Source: Pyrodictium occultum (GTDB lineage Archaea > Thermoproteota > Thermoprotei_A > Sulfolobales > Pyrodictiaceae). Taken from it: 32,000 bases of DNA. The stretch lies in NCBI RefSeq assembly GCF_001462395.1, contig NZ_LNTB01000001.1, positions 1,170,001 through 1,202,000 on the forward strand, in the 5' to 3' direction. This document shows positions 1 to 7,505 of the stretch, in pieces (positions within the stretch are counted from its first letter, which is position 1; each line of letters begins with the position of its first letter). The notes under the pieces were generated by a model. It searched no databases and was not told where the DNA came from. It worked only from the letters and a program-made list of their open reading frames with translations. The position numbers and the translations under genes were made by a program.

Positions 1-278
1 AGATCTAGGGGGCCGAAGAGCTCGCTCGGCTCCGTATACTTGGTTAGCAGGTACTTGAAGAACTTGGCGTTTATTAGCTCGGCGCTGCGCCTGGCCATGG
101 CTGACTTTGCTGTGCCAGGCTCCCCGATAAGTACTGTGTGCTCTCTGGCTATAATGGCTAGTGTGATAACTCTAGCCTCCTCCTCCCTCCCCACGAAGGG
201 CTCCGCTAGCGACGTATAGAACTGGTGTACACGGTTAAGCAGAGTTGATACCCGTGACGAGTCCGTATTGCCGGTCAA
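1..278 (-). CDS. RavA/MoxR-like AAA+ ATPase, N-terminal fragment (gene runs off the window at position 1)
   Basis: Absent from the ORF track because it is open-ended. My reverse-strand translation from TTG at 278-276 reads [92 protein letters not shown]. Walker A GEPGTAKS followed by T-x-PSELFGP is the pattern I associate with RavA/MoxR (COG0714) ATPases. Confidence 0.6.
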   Translation of the reverse strand, partial: MTGNTDSSRVSTLLNRVHQFYTSLAEPFVGREEEARVITLAIIAREHTVLIGEPGTAKSAMARRSAELINAKFFKYLLTKYTEPSELFGPLD

Positions 279-344
279 ACTAGCACTGCCCGAGAGTAGA
301 CACCTCTTTCTCATTCATAGGGAAAATATTTACCGCTCCCCCAT

Positions 345-685
345 AGCGTGGGGCCCCCCTCCCCCAGGGCGGCTGGCTGGGATGAGCCCGGTTTTCAGCT
401 GACATGGTGACGAGGAGTTGCTCTGCCGATGCCAGCCGCCCTCTAAGACACGTAGCCAGCCGGCCAGGGTGCATGATTTTATTGAAGAGGGTCAGTAACC
501 GGTGCACTCTTCACCGCCGGAGGGGCTCGCGAGACGGGGTTTATCATCACTCCCCGGCCGGCCAGTGGCCCGGGCTTCCTCCTTATTAGGCTGGGTTATG
601 CTGTGGCTCACATACGGGATGAAGAAGATTGCACGTCTACAAGCCCCGCAGCCTAGGGGCGATGAGTGGCCTCCACCGGTTCTGA
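345..685 (-). ncRNA. rnpB: RNase P RNA (archaeal type A-like); ends approximate
   Basis: The reverse strand contains GGAGGAAGCCCGG (CR-I-like) and CAGCUGAAAACCGGGCUCAUC (CR-V-like). AGCCCGG and CCGGGCU can pair as P4. GGCGGUGAAGAGUGCACCGGUUACUGAC resembles the conserved GGUGAAA...GGUAA region. A GUGAUGA K-turn-like element is present. 5' CCCCUAGG pairs with 3' CCUGGGGG, extended by GUGGAGGCC/GGCCCCAC (P1). A T-rich stretch follows the 3' end. The only ORFs here are four mutually overlapping short ones with R/G/P-rich products. Confidence 0.7.
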
Positions 686-708
686 CCGTCAATGTCGCAG
701 CCTCCAGG

Positions 709-718
709 TTAAATATAG
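709..718. promoter_or_regulatory. TATA-like box TTAAATATAG between the divergent RNase P RNA and the 743 CDS
   Basis: It is the only AT-rich patch in the spacer. It lies about 27 nt from the inferred RNase P RNA 5' end (about 686) on the minus strand and about 29 nt from ATG 743 on the plus strand (leaderless geometry). Confidence 0.35.
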
Positions 719-742
719 GAGCTCTCCCCTCAGTATAATGGG

Positions 743-1108
743 GTGGAGTACATGACCCAGTCTGGAGACATTGTTGAGCAGTTGGCCGAGTGCATGTACT
801 ACAGGGTGGAGGGACCCTATATAGTAGTTGTTAACGGCTGCAAGGAGGGCTTGGACCTCAAAGCTGTTGAGGTAAAGTATAGTGTAAGGGTGTTGAAAAG
901 CGAGCATCTTTCCGGCGAGGTTGAGGCGAAAACCATCCGGAGGGAAATAACAGAGCGCATAACGCTTGGCAGGAGAGTTGCCCCTGGGTCGAGCGTTGAG
1001 ATATACTTTGGCCCCGTAGAGGATCTAGATGAGGTCTACGCGATAATTGCTGTAGGCGACAGGGAGTATCGCATAGGCCTCCGTCGCCACTCCGAGAAGC
1101 AAGATTGA
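743..1108 (+). CDS. hypothetical protein (121 aa)
   Basis: ORF track. The composition is balanced and protein-like, and a TATA-like box sits about 29 nt upstream. I recognised no motif. Confidence 0.5.
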   Translation: MEYMTQSGDIVEQLAECMYYRVEGPYIVVVNGCKEGLDLKAVEVKYSVRVLKSEHLSGEVEAKTIRREITERITLGRRVAPGSSVEIYFGPVEDLDEVYAIIAVGDREYRIGLRRHSEKQD

Positions 1109-1292
1109 CCATTCCCGTCCTTGCATTGTAACTAGATGCCTTGCGACTGATTGTCCTGGGGCTCCCCAGTTAACCGCAACAGAATGATTAGTCATTATAA
1201 ACGATTATGGCTCTGAGTTTTTGCTACTGTTATCCCTTGTTTGAATGCTTATATTGTGGATCTCCCGCTAGAGGAGGCCCCGGGATGGGGTC

Positions 1293-3719
1293 TTGGCCGG
1301 GCAGAGGCCTCTCGTTGTATGGATCGAGGAGCTACGTGCTAACGATGTTGAGCTTGCTGGTGGCAAGGGTGCAAACCTCGGCGAGCTCGTCTCGGCCGGT
1401 GTCCCTGTCCCGCCCGGCTTTGTTGTCACGACTGAAGCATACAAGAAATTCATCGAGAGCACCGGGCTCCGGGATAAGATTAAGAGCATTCTCGAGAACC
1501 TTGATGTGAACGATACCAGAGCCCTTGAGGAGGCTAGCAGGAAGATAAGAGAGATGATAATGGCTGCTGAGATGCCAAGAGAGATAGCAGAGGTTGTGAA
1601 GAGCTATTACATCGAGCTGGGCAAGCGCGTCGGTATCGAGGAGCCTCTCGTCGCTGTTAGGAGCAGCGCTTCCGCAGAGGATCTTCCGGAGGCCAGCTTC
1701 GCAGGGCAGCAGGACACCTATCTAAACGTTAAGGGTGCCAACCAGGTTGTTGAGAAGGTTAAGGCCTGCTGGGCTAGCCTCTTCACTGCCCGCGCCATAT
1801 TCTACAGGGCACAGCATGGGATAGACCATTTCAAGACTGCTATGGCCGTTGTAGTCCAGAAGATGGTTAACGCCCGCTCCGCGGGTGTCATGTTCACGCT
1901 TCACCCGGTCACGGGAGATACTAGCGTTATCGTCATAGAGTCAAGCTGGGGTCTGGGCGAGGCTGTCGTGGCGGGTAAGGTGACGCCGGACGAGTTCGTT
2001 GTAGACAAGAAGACCCTGGAGATAGTTGATAAGAAGATAAGCCGCAAGGAGATAATGATAACCTATGACCCGGAGACCGGCGGGACGGTTGAGGTAAAGC
2101 TCCCCGAGGATAAGGCAACCGAGCCTAGCCTGAGCGATGACGAGGTAAAGGCCCTGGCCAGGTATGGGCTAATGATAGAGAAGCACTACAATCACCCAAT
2201 GGATATTGAGTGGGCCATCGATAAGGATATTCAGCCTCCCAACAACATATTCATAGTACAGGCTAGATACGAGACGGTCTGGAGCAGGAGAAAGGCCGAA
2301 GCCGGCGAAGCGAGGGAGGCCGAGGCTAAGGCGGCAGAGGAGACCGGCGGCAGGGTACTGGTCCGCGGCCTCCCTGCAAGCCCTGGCGTAGCTACTGGCG
2401 TAGCCAGGGTAATCCTTGACCCCCATAGCCCTGAAGCGCAGGAATTCCGTGAAGGCGACGTACTGGTAACCAGGATGACCGATCCCGACTGGGTTCCTTT
2501 GATGAAGAAGGCGGCCGCCATAGTCACCGACGAGGGCGGTATGACGAGCCACGCCGCCATAGTCTCCCGCGAGCTCGGTATACCCGCTGTGGTCGGCACA
2601 GGAAACGCTACAAAGGTCATTAAGACGGGCACCCTGGTAACGGTTGATGGCAGCCGCGGCGTGGTCTACGAGGGGAGAGTCGAGATATCCAGGAGCAAGG
2701 CAGGGGAGGAGGCCGCCGCAGCCGCTGCAGCCATAGACCCTGAGACCCTCCGCAATCTCTACCCCGTCACGGGCACCAAGATATACATGAACCTCGGCGA
2801 GCCCGACGTTATAGACAAGTATGTGCACCTCCCGTTCGACGGCATTGGGCTGATGAGGATAGAGTTCATACTCACCGACTGGATAGGCTATCACCCGCTC
2901 TACCTCATAGAGACCGGTAAGGCCGACTTCTTTGTAGACAGGCTCGCAGAGGGTATAGCTAAGGTTGCTAGCGCGATATACCCGCGGCCTGTTGTTGTGA
3001 GGTTCAGCGACTTCAAGACCAACGAGTACCGCGGGCTCAAGGGCGGCGAGAAGTACGAGCCTGAAGAGCGCAACCCAATGCTGGGCTGGCGCGGCGTCTC
3101 TAGGTACATCCACCCTGCCTACGAGAAGGCTTTCCGCCTCGAGGTAAGGGCGATAAAGAAGGTTCGCGACGAGATGGGCCTGAAGAACGTATGGGTGATG
3201 CTGCCCTTCGTGAGGACCACGTGGGAGGTTGAGAAGGTCCTCGAGATAATGGCTGACGAGGGGCTTCAGCGGGGTAAGGACTTCAAAGTATGGATAATGG
3301 CTGAGGTGCCTAGCGTAGTACTGCTTGCCGACGAGTTCTCGAAGCTTGTGGACGGATTCAGCATAGGCAGCAACGATCTAACCCAGCTTGTGCTAGGTGT
3401 TGACAGGGATTCGCAGCTGCTGGCTGGTATGGGCTACTTCGACGAGCGTGACCCCGCTGTGCTGAGGGCGATAAAAATGCTCATAGACGCCGCCCACCGC
3501 CACGGCCGTACGGTATCGATATGTGGGCAGGCTCCGAGCGTCTACCCGGAGGTTGTTGAGTTCCTCGTTGCCAGCGGTATTGATAGCATCAGCGTGAATC
3601 CCGACGCGGTGATACCCACTAGGCGTCTCGTGGCTTCGATAGAGCGCCGCCTAATGATGCGCAGGCTTGAGGAGGTAGAGAAAGCTCTCCGTGAGCTTAA
3701 AGGGGGCATGGAGCTCTAG
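1293..3719 (+). CDS. ppsA: phosphoenolpyruvate synthase (pyruvate, water dikinase)
   Basis: 808 aa with a TTG start. The N-terminal ATP-grasp signature is [15 protein letters not shown]. The phosphohistidine swivel motif is [24 protein letters not shown]. The C-terminal PEP-utilising TIM-barrel motifs are [12 protein letters not shown] and ICGQAP. TTATATT lies about 40 nt upstream. Confidence 0.95.
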   Translation: MAGQRPLVVWIEELRANDVELAGGKGANLGELVSAGVPVPPGFVVTTEAYKKFIESTGLRDKIKSILENLDVNDTRALEEASRKIREMIMAAEMPREIAEVVKSYYIELGKRVGIEEPLVAVRSSASAEDLPEASFAGQQDTYLNVKGANQVVEKVKACWASLFTARAIFYRAQHGIDHFKTAMAVVVQKMVNARSAGVMFTLHPVTGDTSVIVIESSWGLGEAVVAGKVTPDEFVVDKKTLEIVDKKISRKEIMITYDPETGGTVEVKLPEDKATEPSLSDDEVKALARYGLMIEKHYNHPMDIEWAIDKDIQPPNNIFIVQARYETVWSRRKAEAGEAREAEAKAAEETGGRVLVRGLPASPGVATGVARVILDPHSPEAQEFREGDVLVTRMTDPDWVPLMKKAAAIVTDEGGMTSHAAIVSRELGIPAVVGTGNATKVIKTGTLVTVDGSRGVVYEGRVEISRSKAGEEAAAAAAAIDPETLRNLYPVTGTKIYMNLGEPDVIDKYVHLPFDGIGLMRIEFILTDWIGYHPLYLIETGKADFFVDRLAEGIAKVASAIYPRPVVVRFSDFKTNEYRGLKGGEKYEPEERNPMLGWRGVSRYIHPAYEKAFRLEVRAIKKVRDEMGLKNVWVMLPFVRTTWEVEKVLEIMADEGLQRGKDFKVWIMAEVPSVVLLADEFSKLVDGFSIGSNDLTQLVLGVDRDSQLLAGMGYFDERDPAVLRAIKMLIDAAHRHGRTVSICGQAPSVYPEVVEFLVASGIDSISVNPDAVIPTRRLVASIERRLMMRRLEEVEKALRELKGGMEL

Positions 3720-3733
3720 CCTTTAGCAAGCTA

Positions 3734-3756
3734 AGAGTGTTTTTCTGCTAAACTCT
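3734..3756 (+). terminator. putative terminator: AGAGU/ACUCU hairpin containing a T5 run
   Basis: AGAGTgtttttctgctaaACTCT lies immediately after the ppsA stop. Oligo-T (3740-3744) is the usual archaeal termination signal. Confidence 0.3.
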
Positions 3757-4382
3757 TACCCTGCCTCGTTCATGGCTTCTATTATCCCTTCTCGTATCAT
3801 GGCAACCGCTATTGCGGCTAGGAGTATCGACATAATCTTGGATAGTGCTATTGCACCATTGCTACCAAGCAGCTTCATCAGCTTATCGCTGTTTATGAGC
3901 GTTATGAAGGTTATAATGGTGTTGACTAGTATGGCGGTGATCGCGTACAGTATGCCGTATACGGCCTTGACGTATAGCACGGTAGCTATTGCAGCGGGTC
4001 CTGCTAGCAGAGGCGTCGCCAGGGGCACTATGGCTATGGTTTCGGCGTCTTCTGGGCGTTGGAGCATCGTTGCCTCCGTCCAGCCGAATATGCCAGCTAT
4101 GCCGTAGATGAGCAGTATTATGCCGCCGGAGATGCGGAAGTCTGCTAGCGATAGCCCGAAGTAGTAGAGCAGCATGTCTCCGCCCAGCGCGAATGCTATG
4201 AGTATCAGTGTTGCTACCTCGCAGCTCTTCTTTATTATCGTGCTGCGCCTCTCGTCGGACAGGGTTGCGGTGAGCCCGTAGAATAGTGGAGCATTCCCCA
4301 GCGGGTCTATTGCTATGAAGAGTACCAGGAGAGAGCGGATAAGCGCGTTAAGGCTTACCATGCCCACGTCTGGAGCCGGCAT
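3756..4382 (-). CDS. MarC-family (UPF0056) integral membrane protein
   Basis: 208 aa and multi-TM. Family motifs are IDPLGNAPLF near the N-terminus and VPLATPLLAGPAAI. The start may instead be the Met at 4361. Confidence 0.8.
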   Translation of the reverse strand: MPAPDVGMVSLNALIRSLLVLFIAIDPLGNAPLFYGLTATLSDERRSTIIKKSCEVATLILIAFALGGDMLLYYFGLSLADFRISGGIILLIYGIAGIFGWTEATMLQRPEDAETIAIVPLATPLLAGPAAIATVLYVKAVYGILYAITAILVNTIITFITLINSDKLMKLLGSNGAIALSKIMSILLAAIAVAMIREGIIEAMNEAG

Positions 4383-4734
4383 ACTTTTCCAGCGCCTCCA
4401 CTATTCTTTCTACAGTCCTTGACCTGCACTCGTTCATGCACTTGTTTATGCATTCGCTATCATTAGGCTTGCAGCCTCTTTCATAGGTGCATTCGGTCCT
4501 GCAGGCCCTATCGTTCGGGAGCAGCGCGTATATTCCATGCTCCTGGCTTAGGACAATATTGTTCAGTAGCATGCCTATGCCGCTGGACCTTGCTACCGCT
4601 AGTACATCTCTCGGATCGTCTATTCCCCGCTGGTAGATAAACCCCTGGAAGGATTTGAATGCTCTGGCCATGCGCAGGGCAAGCTCAGCGAGCTTATCGC
4701 TGCCCTCCACGGTGCTGCCGCCCCTGGAAGGCAT
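4348..4734 (-). CDS. hypothetical Cys-rich protein (start uncertain; track ORF extends to 4824)
   Basis: The C-terminal cluster is CRTECTYERGCKPNDSECINKCMNEC (six Cys). The N-terminal 30 residues of the track ORF are P/G/C-rich and look non-coding, so I prefer ATG 4734. TATATTATA at about 4830-4838 on this strand could be its promoter. Confidence 0.4.
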   Translation of the reverse strand: MPSRGGSTVEGSDKLAELALRMARAFKSFQGFIYQRGIDDPRDVLAVARSSGIGMLLNNIVLSQEHGIYALLPNDRACRTECTYERGCKPNDSECINKCMNECRSRTVERIVEALEKYAGSRRGHGKP

Positions 4735-5037
4735 CGCCCCGGGGCTGCTAGCTAAAGTCGTTAAGCACCCCTCGGGGTGGGGGCAGCCTGGAGGCTGGGC
4801 CCCCCTTGTGCAGCGGCTCGGCACTTGCTATAATATACGCGGGTACTGTACTTCTCGCTCTTACATCCGCCGCTCAGAGAATGCTTGTTCCACGCAGCGG
4901 TAGGCCGGAGGCGCTGCGCTCTGTTAACATGCTTGCTTCGCTAATAGCTCTAGCCTCAATTATTATATCACTAGTGCATTGCTGCGGCATAGCCTGAGGG
5001 GCTTAGACGCCAGTCGGAGGCCGGTTTGGCGGCAGAG

Positions 5038-5049
5038 TTTAATGATATA
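5038..5049 (+). promoter_or_regulatory. TATA-like box TTTAATGATATA upstream of the 5084 CDS
   Basis: An AT-rich box about 40 nt upstream of ATG 5084, with a purine-rich GGGGAAGGGGG between them (Shine-Dalgarno-like). Confidence 0.3.
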
Positions 5050-5083
5050 CCTGTGCATACCGATTACGGGGAAGGGGGTGTAC

Positions 5084-5374
5084 ATGACAGAGCAGCGTAG
5101 GCGTATTCACGTAGCCTATATGGAGGGTATGGCAGCCCTCGGCCTCATTAAGAGGTTCTGGGCCGAAGACTGCGACGCGCCTGGTATGAGGCGTATTATC
5201 GCCGAGGATGTTAATGGTGTACAGTACGAGACCAAGTGCATAGACTCGCGGGGCGCCAAGAAGGTCATCCTATACCTGGCCAATGGCAGCAGGTATAGTA
5301 GAGATCTCGTGCTCACCGGTGAATTCGATGAATTCGAGGAGGAGGTATTTGAAGGGGAGGAGGACGAGGGTTAA
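5084..5374 (+). CDS. hypothetical small protein with acidic C-terminal tail
   Basis: This is the internal ATG of track ORF 4979..5374, preceded by GGGGAAGGGGG. The product is MTEQRRRIHVAY...EFDEFEEEVFEGEEDEG. Confidence 0.5.
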   Translation: MTEQRRRIHVAYMEGMAALGLIKRFWAEDCDAPGMRRIIAEDVNGVQYETKCIDSRGAKKVILYLANGSRYSRDLVLTGEFDEFEEEVFEGEEDEG

Positions 5375-5415
5375 ACCCTGCTGAAGGAGGAGCGCTTCGG
5401 CAGCGGTGATGCATA

Positions 5416-5763
5416 ATGGGTAAGCGCATGCGTATGACTCTCCCTAAGAAGGAGGCAGACCTGCAGAAGGTGGTTGAGGAGGTCGCCGAGACCCATCACG
5501 AGCATGAGCACCACCACCATCATCATGCGGAGGGGCTTGATGAGCTGCTTCACACCATAGACGTATTGATGGATACTATGAATACGCGTATATCCGACCT
5601 AGAGGAGAAAACCGACAAGCTTAGGGGTGAGGTAGCCAATCTCTACCGCCTTTTCGCAGCGGTTGTGGATGCGCTGGCCGCGGGGAGCGAGGAGGAGAGG
5701 AAGAAGGCTCTGGAGCGCGCGGTAGAGATACTGCGGTCAAGCCTAGAGCATGCAACTACCTAG
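5416..5763 (+). CDS. His-tract coiled-coil protein (hypothetical)
   Basis: 115 aa. A natural HHEHEHHHHHH tract is followed by heptad-like helical sequence. A T5 run at 5787-5791 follows the stop. It lies 41 nt downstream of the previous gene. Confidence 0.55.
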   Translation: MGKRMRMTLPKKEADLQKVVEEVAETHHEHEHHHHHHAEGLDELLHTIDVLMDTMNTRISDLEEKTDKLRGEVANLYRLFAAVVDALAAGSEEERKKALERAVEILRSSLEHATT

Positions 5764-5838
5764 CAGCCTTGATAGGCTTGTTGACGTTTTTCATTAGCTC
5801 TCCAGCGGGCCGCGTTGCCAGGGGCATGGACTGCACTT

Positions 5839-6855
5839 CTATAATGGTTCTATGAAGGTTAGCGCTTCCCTAACCCCCACCACTACAGCCTCGGCGTCCC
5901 CCCCTGGGAGAGTTATTGTTGCAGCGAGCCCCCGCACCCTGAACACTCCCCCCTCGTATAGGGCCGGAAGGAACAAGCCATCATAGACAATTAGCTGTAT
6001 ACCTTCCCTAGTCTCAGCTATACCGGGGAAATCGGCTAGTCCCGGGCTAAGAGGCTCGAGACGTAGCTTCACCTCTAGGGGCCCTCCCGTCACATGGATG
6101 ATTCTCCTCTCCTCTCTCCAGCGGAGCCTCCATGAAGCTGCTGAGAATGAGATTGTTCTCCTTCCCAGTATGAACCGGGCCCAGGGGCGGTAGAGCCTAG
6201 CAACAGTGCTCGCGGGGAGGCTCCGGGCCCTTGCCTCCCTCAGGGCCCACTCTTCGAGCTGGCTTCTGGGGAGCGGCGTGACTCGGCTTTCCAGATGCTC
6301 TTCCAGTGCTTTTATGCAGGAGCTACTATCGATGACGTATACCACGTCTATGTCGGAGAATTCCCTTATTGATGCTGTGAGCAGCGATCCCGTAGGCTTG
6401 CCGCACTCGAGTAGCCCTGGCAGCCTCTCAGCAAGGAGCGACCAGTAGCCTCCAGAGATCTTATCCAGCTCGTTAATGTAATTCTCGACCGGCGGGCGTA
6501 GGCTGCATACAAGCCCTCGGTGTGAGGCCATGTCGTAGACGGGGGCTTCGACGCCGTAGTAGGGGAGATGCTCCTTATCAGTGAGATGGCTTAGCGAGGC
6601 CACCCCACGGGGAGAGTATGTGCCTATTACTCGTCTGAGGCTGGTTAGGCGGGGCAGTCTCCAGGGTCCTGGGCCGCTGATATACTTGGGGACCACCAGG
6701 ATCTTTGCGGCGTTGAGGCGGCGTACGTAGAGGAGTACCCGCCCATCTCCAGCCACTAGGATGTCGCCGGGGGATAGAGGAGTACTGGATGGTCTGCGGC
6801 CTGTACACCACGGGGGCAGCGTGGCAGCGTCTGGGTAGCCAGCCAAGACGGTCAT
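5839..6855 (-). CDS. predicted nucleotidyltransferase (Pol-beta superfamily minimal NTase motif)
   Basis: 338 aa. GSLLTASIREFSDIDVVYV fits hG[GS]-x9-13-Dh[DE]h. The rest of the protein is unrecognised. Confidence 0.5.
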   Translation of the reverse strand: MTVLAGYPDAATLPPWCTGRRPSSTPLSPGDILVAGDGRVLLYVRRLNAAKILVVPKYISGPGPWRLPRLTSLRRVIGTYSPRGVASLSHLTDKEHLPYYGVEAPVYDMASHRGLVCSLRPPVENYINELDKISGGYWSLLAERLPGLLECGKPTGSLLTASIREFSDIDVVYVIDSSSCIKALEEHLESRVTPLPRSQLEEWALREARARSLPASTVARLYRPWARFILGRRTISFSAASWRLRWREERRIIHVTGGPLEVKLRLEPLSPGLADFPGIAETREGIQLIVYDGLFLPALYEGGVFRVRGLAATITLPGGDAEAVVVGVREALTFIEPL

Positions 6856-6887
6856 CCATGCAGGTTATGAGCGGCGAGGATGTGCTG

Positions 6888-6965
6888 TGGCGGGCCCGCG
6901 GGGATTTGAACCCCGGACTACCGGCTCCGCAGGCCGGCGTCCTATCCTGGCTAGACTACGGGCCC
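6888..6965 (-). tRNA. tRNA-Arg (anticodon GCG), CCA encoded, no intron
   Basis: The reverse strand folds by hand as GGGCCCG UA GUCU AGCCAGGAUA GGAC G CCGGC CUGCGGA GCCGG UAGUC CGGGG UUCAAAU CCCCG CGGGCCC G CCA. That gives a 7-bp acceptor, 4-bp D stem, 5-bp anticodon stem, 5-bp T stem and a canonical T-loop. Confidence 0.9.
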
Positions 6966-7007
6966 GCCCGGGCCACTCCATCCATAGGCTCAAGGCGCTC
7001 CAGGCTC

Positions 7008-7017
7008 CTTTTAAACA
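7008..7017 (-). promoter_or_regulatory. TATA box (TGTTTAAAAG on minus strand), likely the tRNA-Arg promoter
   Basis: It is centred about 47 nt upstream of the mature tRNA 5' end, which implies a leader of about 20 nt. Confidence 0.4.
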
Positions 7018-7505
7018 TTACATGCAATTCTAAGGGACTCTGCGCGCGGCTTAGGTCACCCACCTTATACGGTGATACGTGGGAGCTGGATAGGGGGCGG
7101 TGCGTGGTTAGGCGCTCAAAGAGGCGTGGAGGGGAGCGCGACCTACTCGAGTTCCTAGCTGGTGGCGTAACCGGCGCCCGCAGGGCTAAGGGCCGAACCA
7201 CCGAGAGCGGGGATGGTACGGGCAGCGAGAGGGATGGTGCTAAGCCCCTCTGGGAGGGGAATACGGCCAGGAGGGCCGGGGTGGAGAGGCTATACGATAA
7301 CAGCCTCTACGAACTGTTATCGGAAATATCCTCATCTAGGAGACGCGGGTCTAGCCATCCAAGAGACGATGATCGGGAGGGGGCTGATCTCACTGGCGGC
7401 ATGAAGGCTCAGCCGCAGCTTGCTACGCACCAAGGGCTAACGACAGAGAAGGCCGTGGTGAACGTGGATGCAGAAACCTGGGCTGAGCAGCATGCATGGA
7501 GCACT

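Noticed and set aside
280-738. Four overlapping short ORFs from the track (280..507-, 404..589+, 492..692-, 502..738+)
   Set aside because: They overlap one another on both strands, encode R/G/P/S-rich low-complexity products, and coincide with sequence that fits RNase P RNA conserved regions.
2169-3113. 314-aa antisense ORF inside ppsA, plus similar shadows at 14875..15330, 17124..17618, 19143..19784, 20061..20729, 26105..26809 and 30586..31104
   Set aside because: Each lies fully inside, and antisense to, a gene with strong family motifs. Their products are Arg/Pro/Ser/Leu-rich, as expected for antisense frames of GC-rich coding DNA.
4840-5035. Possible ncRNA driven by the TATAATATA box at about 4828-4838
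   Set aside because: Only a weak 5-bp hairpin (CCGCT/AGCGG) is present, with no recognisable boxes. The TATA element is adequately explained as the promoter of the minus-strand Cys-rich gene.
6888-6965. tRNA-Arg as the attachment site of an integrated element
   Set aside because: I found no second copy of the tRNA 3' half (GGGGATTTGAACC or its complement) in the window, and no integrase, transposase or other mobile-element gene.
7030-7400. Possible SRP (7S) RNA next to the tRNA
   Set aside because: I could not find the helix 8 signature (GNAR tetraloop flanked by AGCA / GGUCAGG-type loops, e.g. CCGGAAGGGAGCA), and I could not fold a convincing Alu-domain. Only scattered resemblances appear (GCCGAACC, GUAAC).
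6789-7505. N-terminal 240 or so codons of the 1118-aa track ORF (polymerase frame)
   Set aside because: This segment runs straight through the tRNA-Arg gene and its promoter. The translated sequence is not protein-like. The conserved Dpo1-type N-terminus aligns with a start near 7506 (or 7401).
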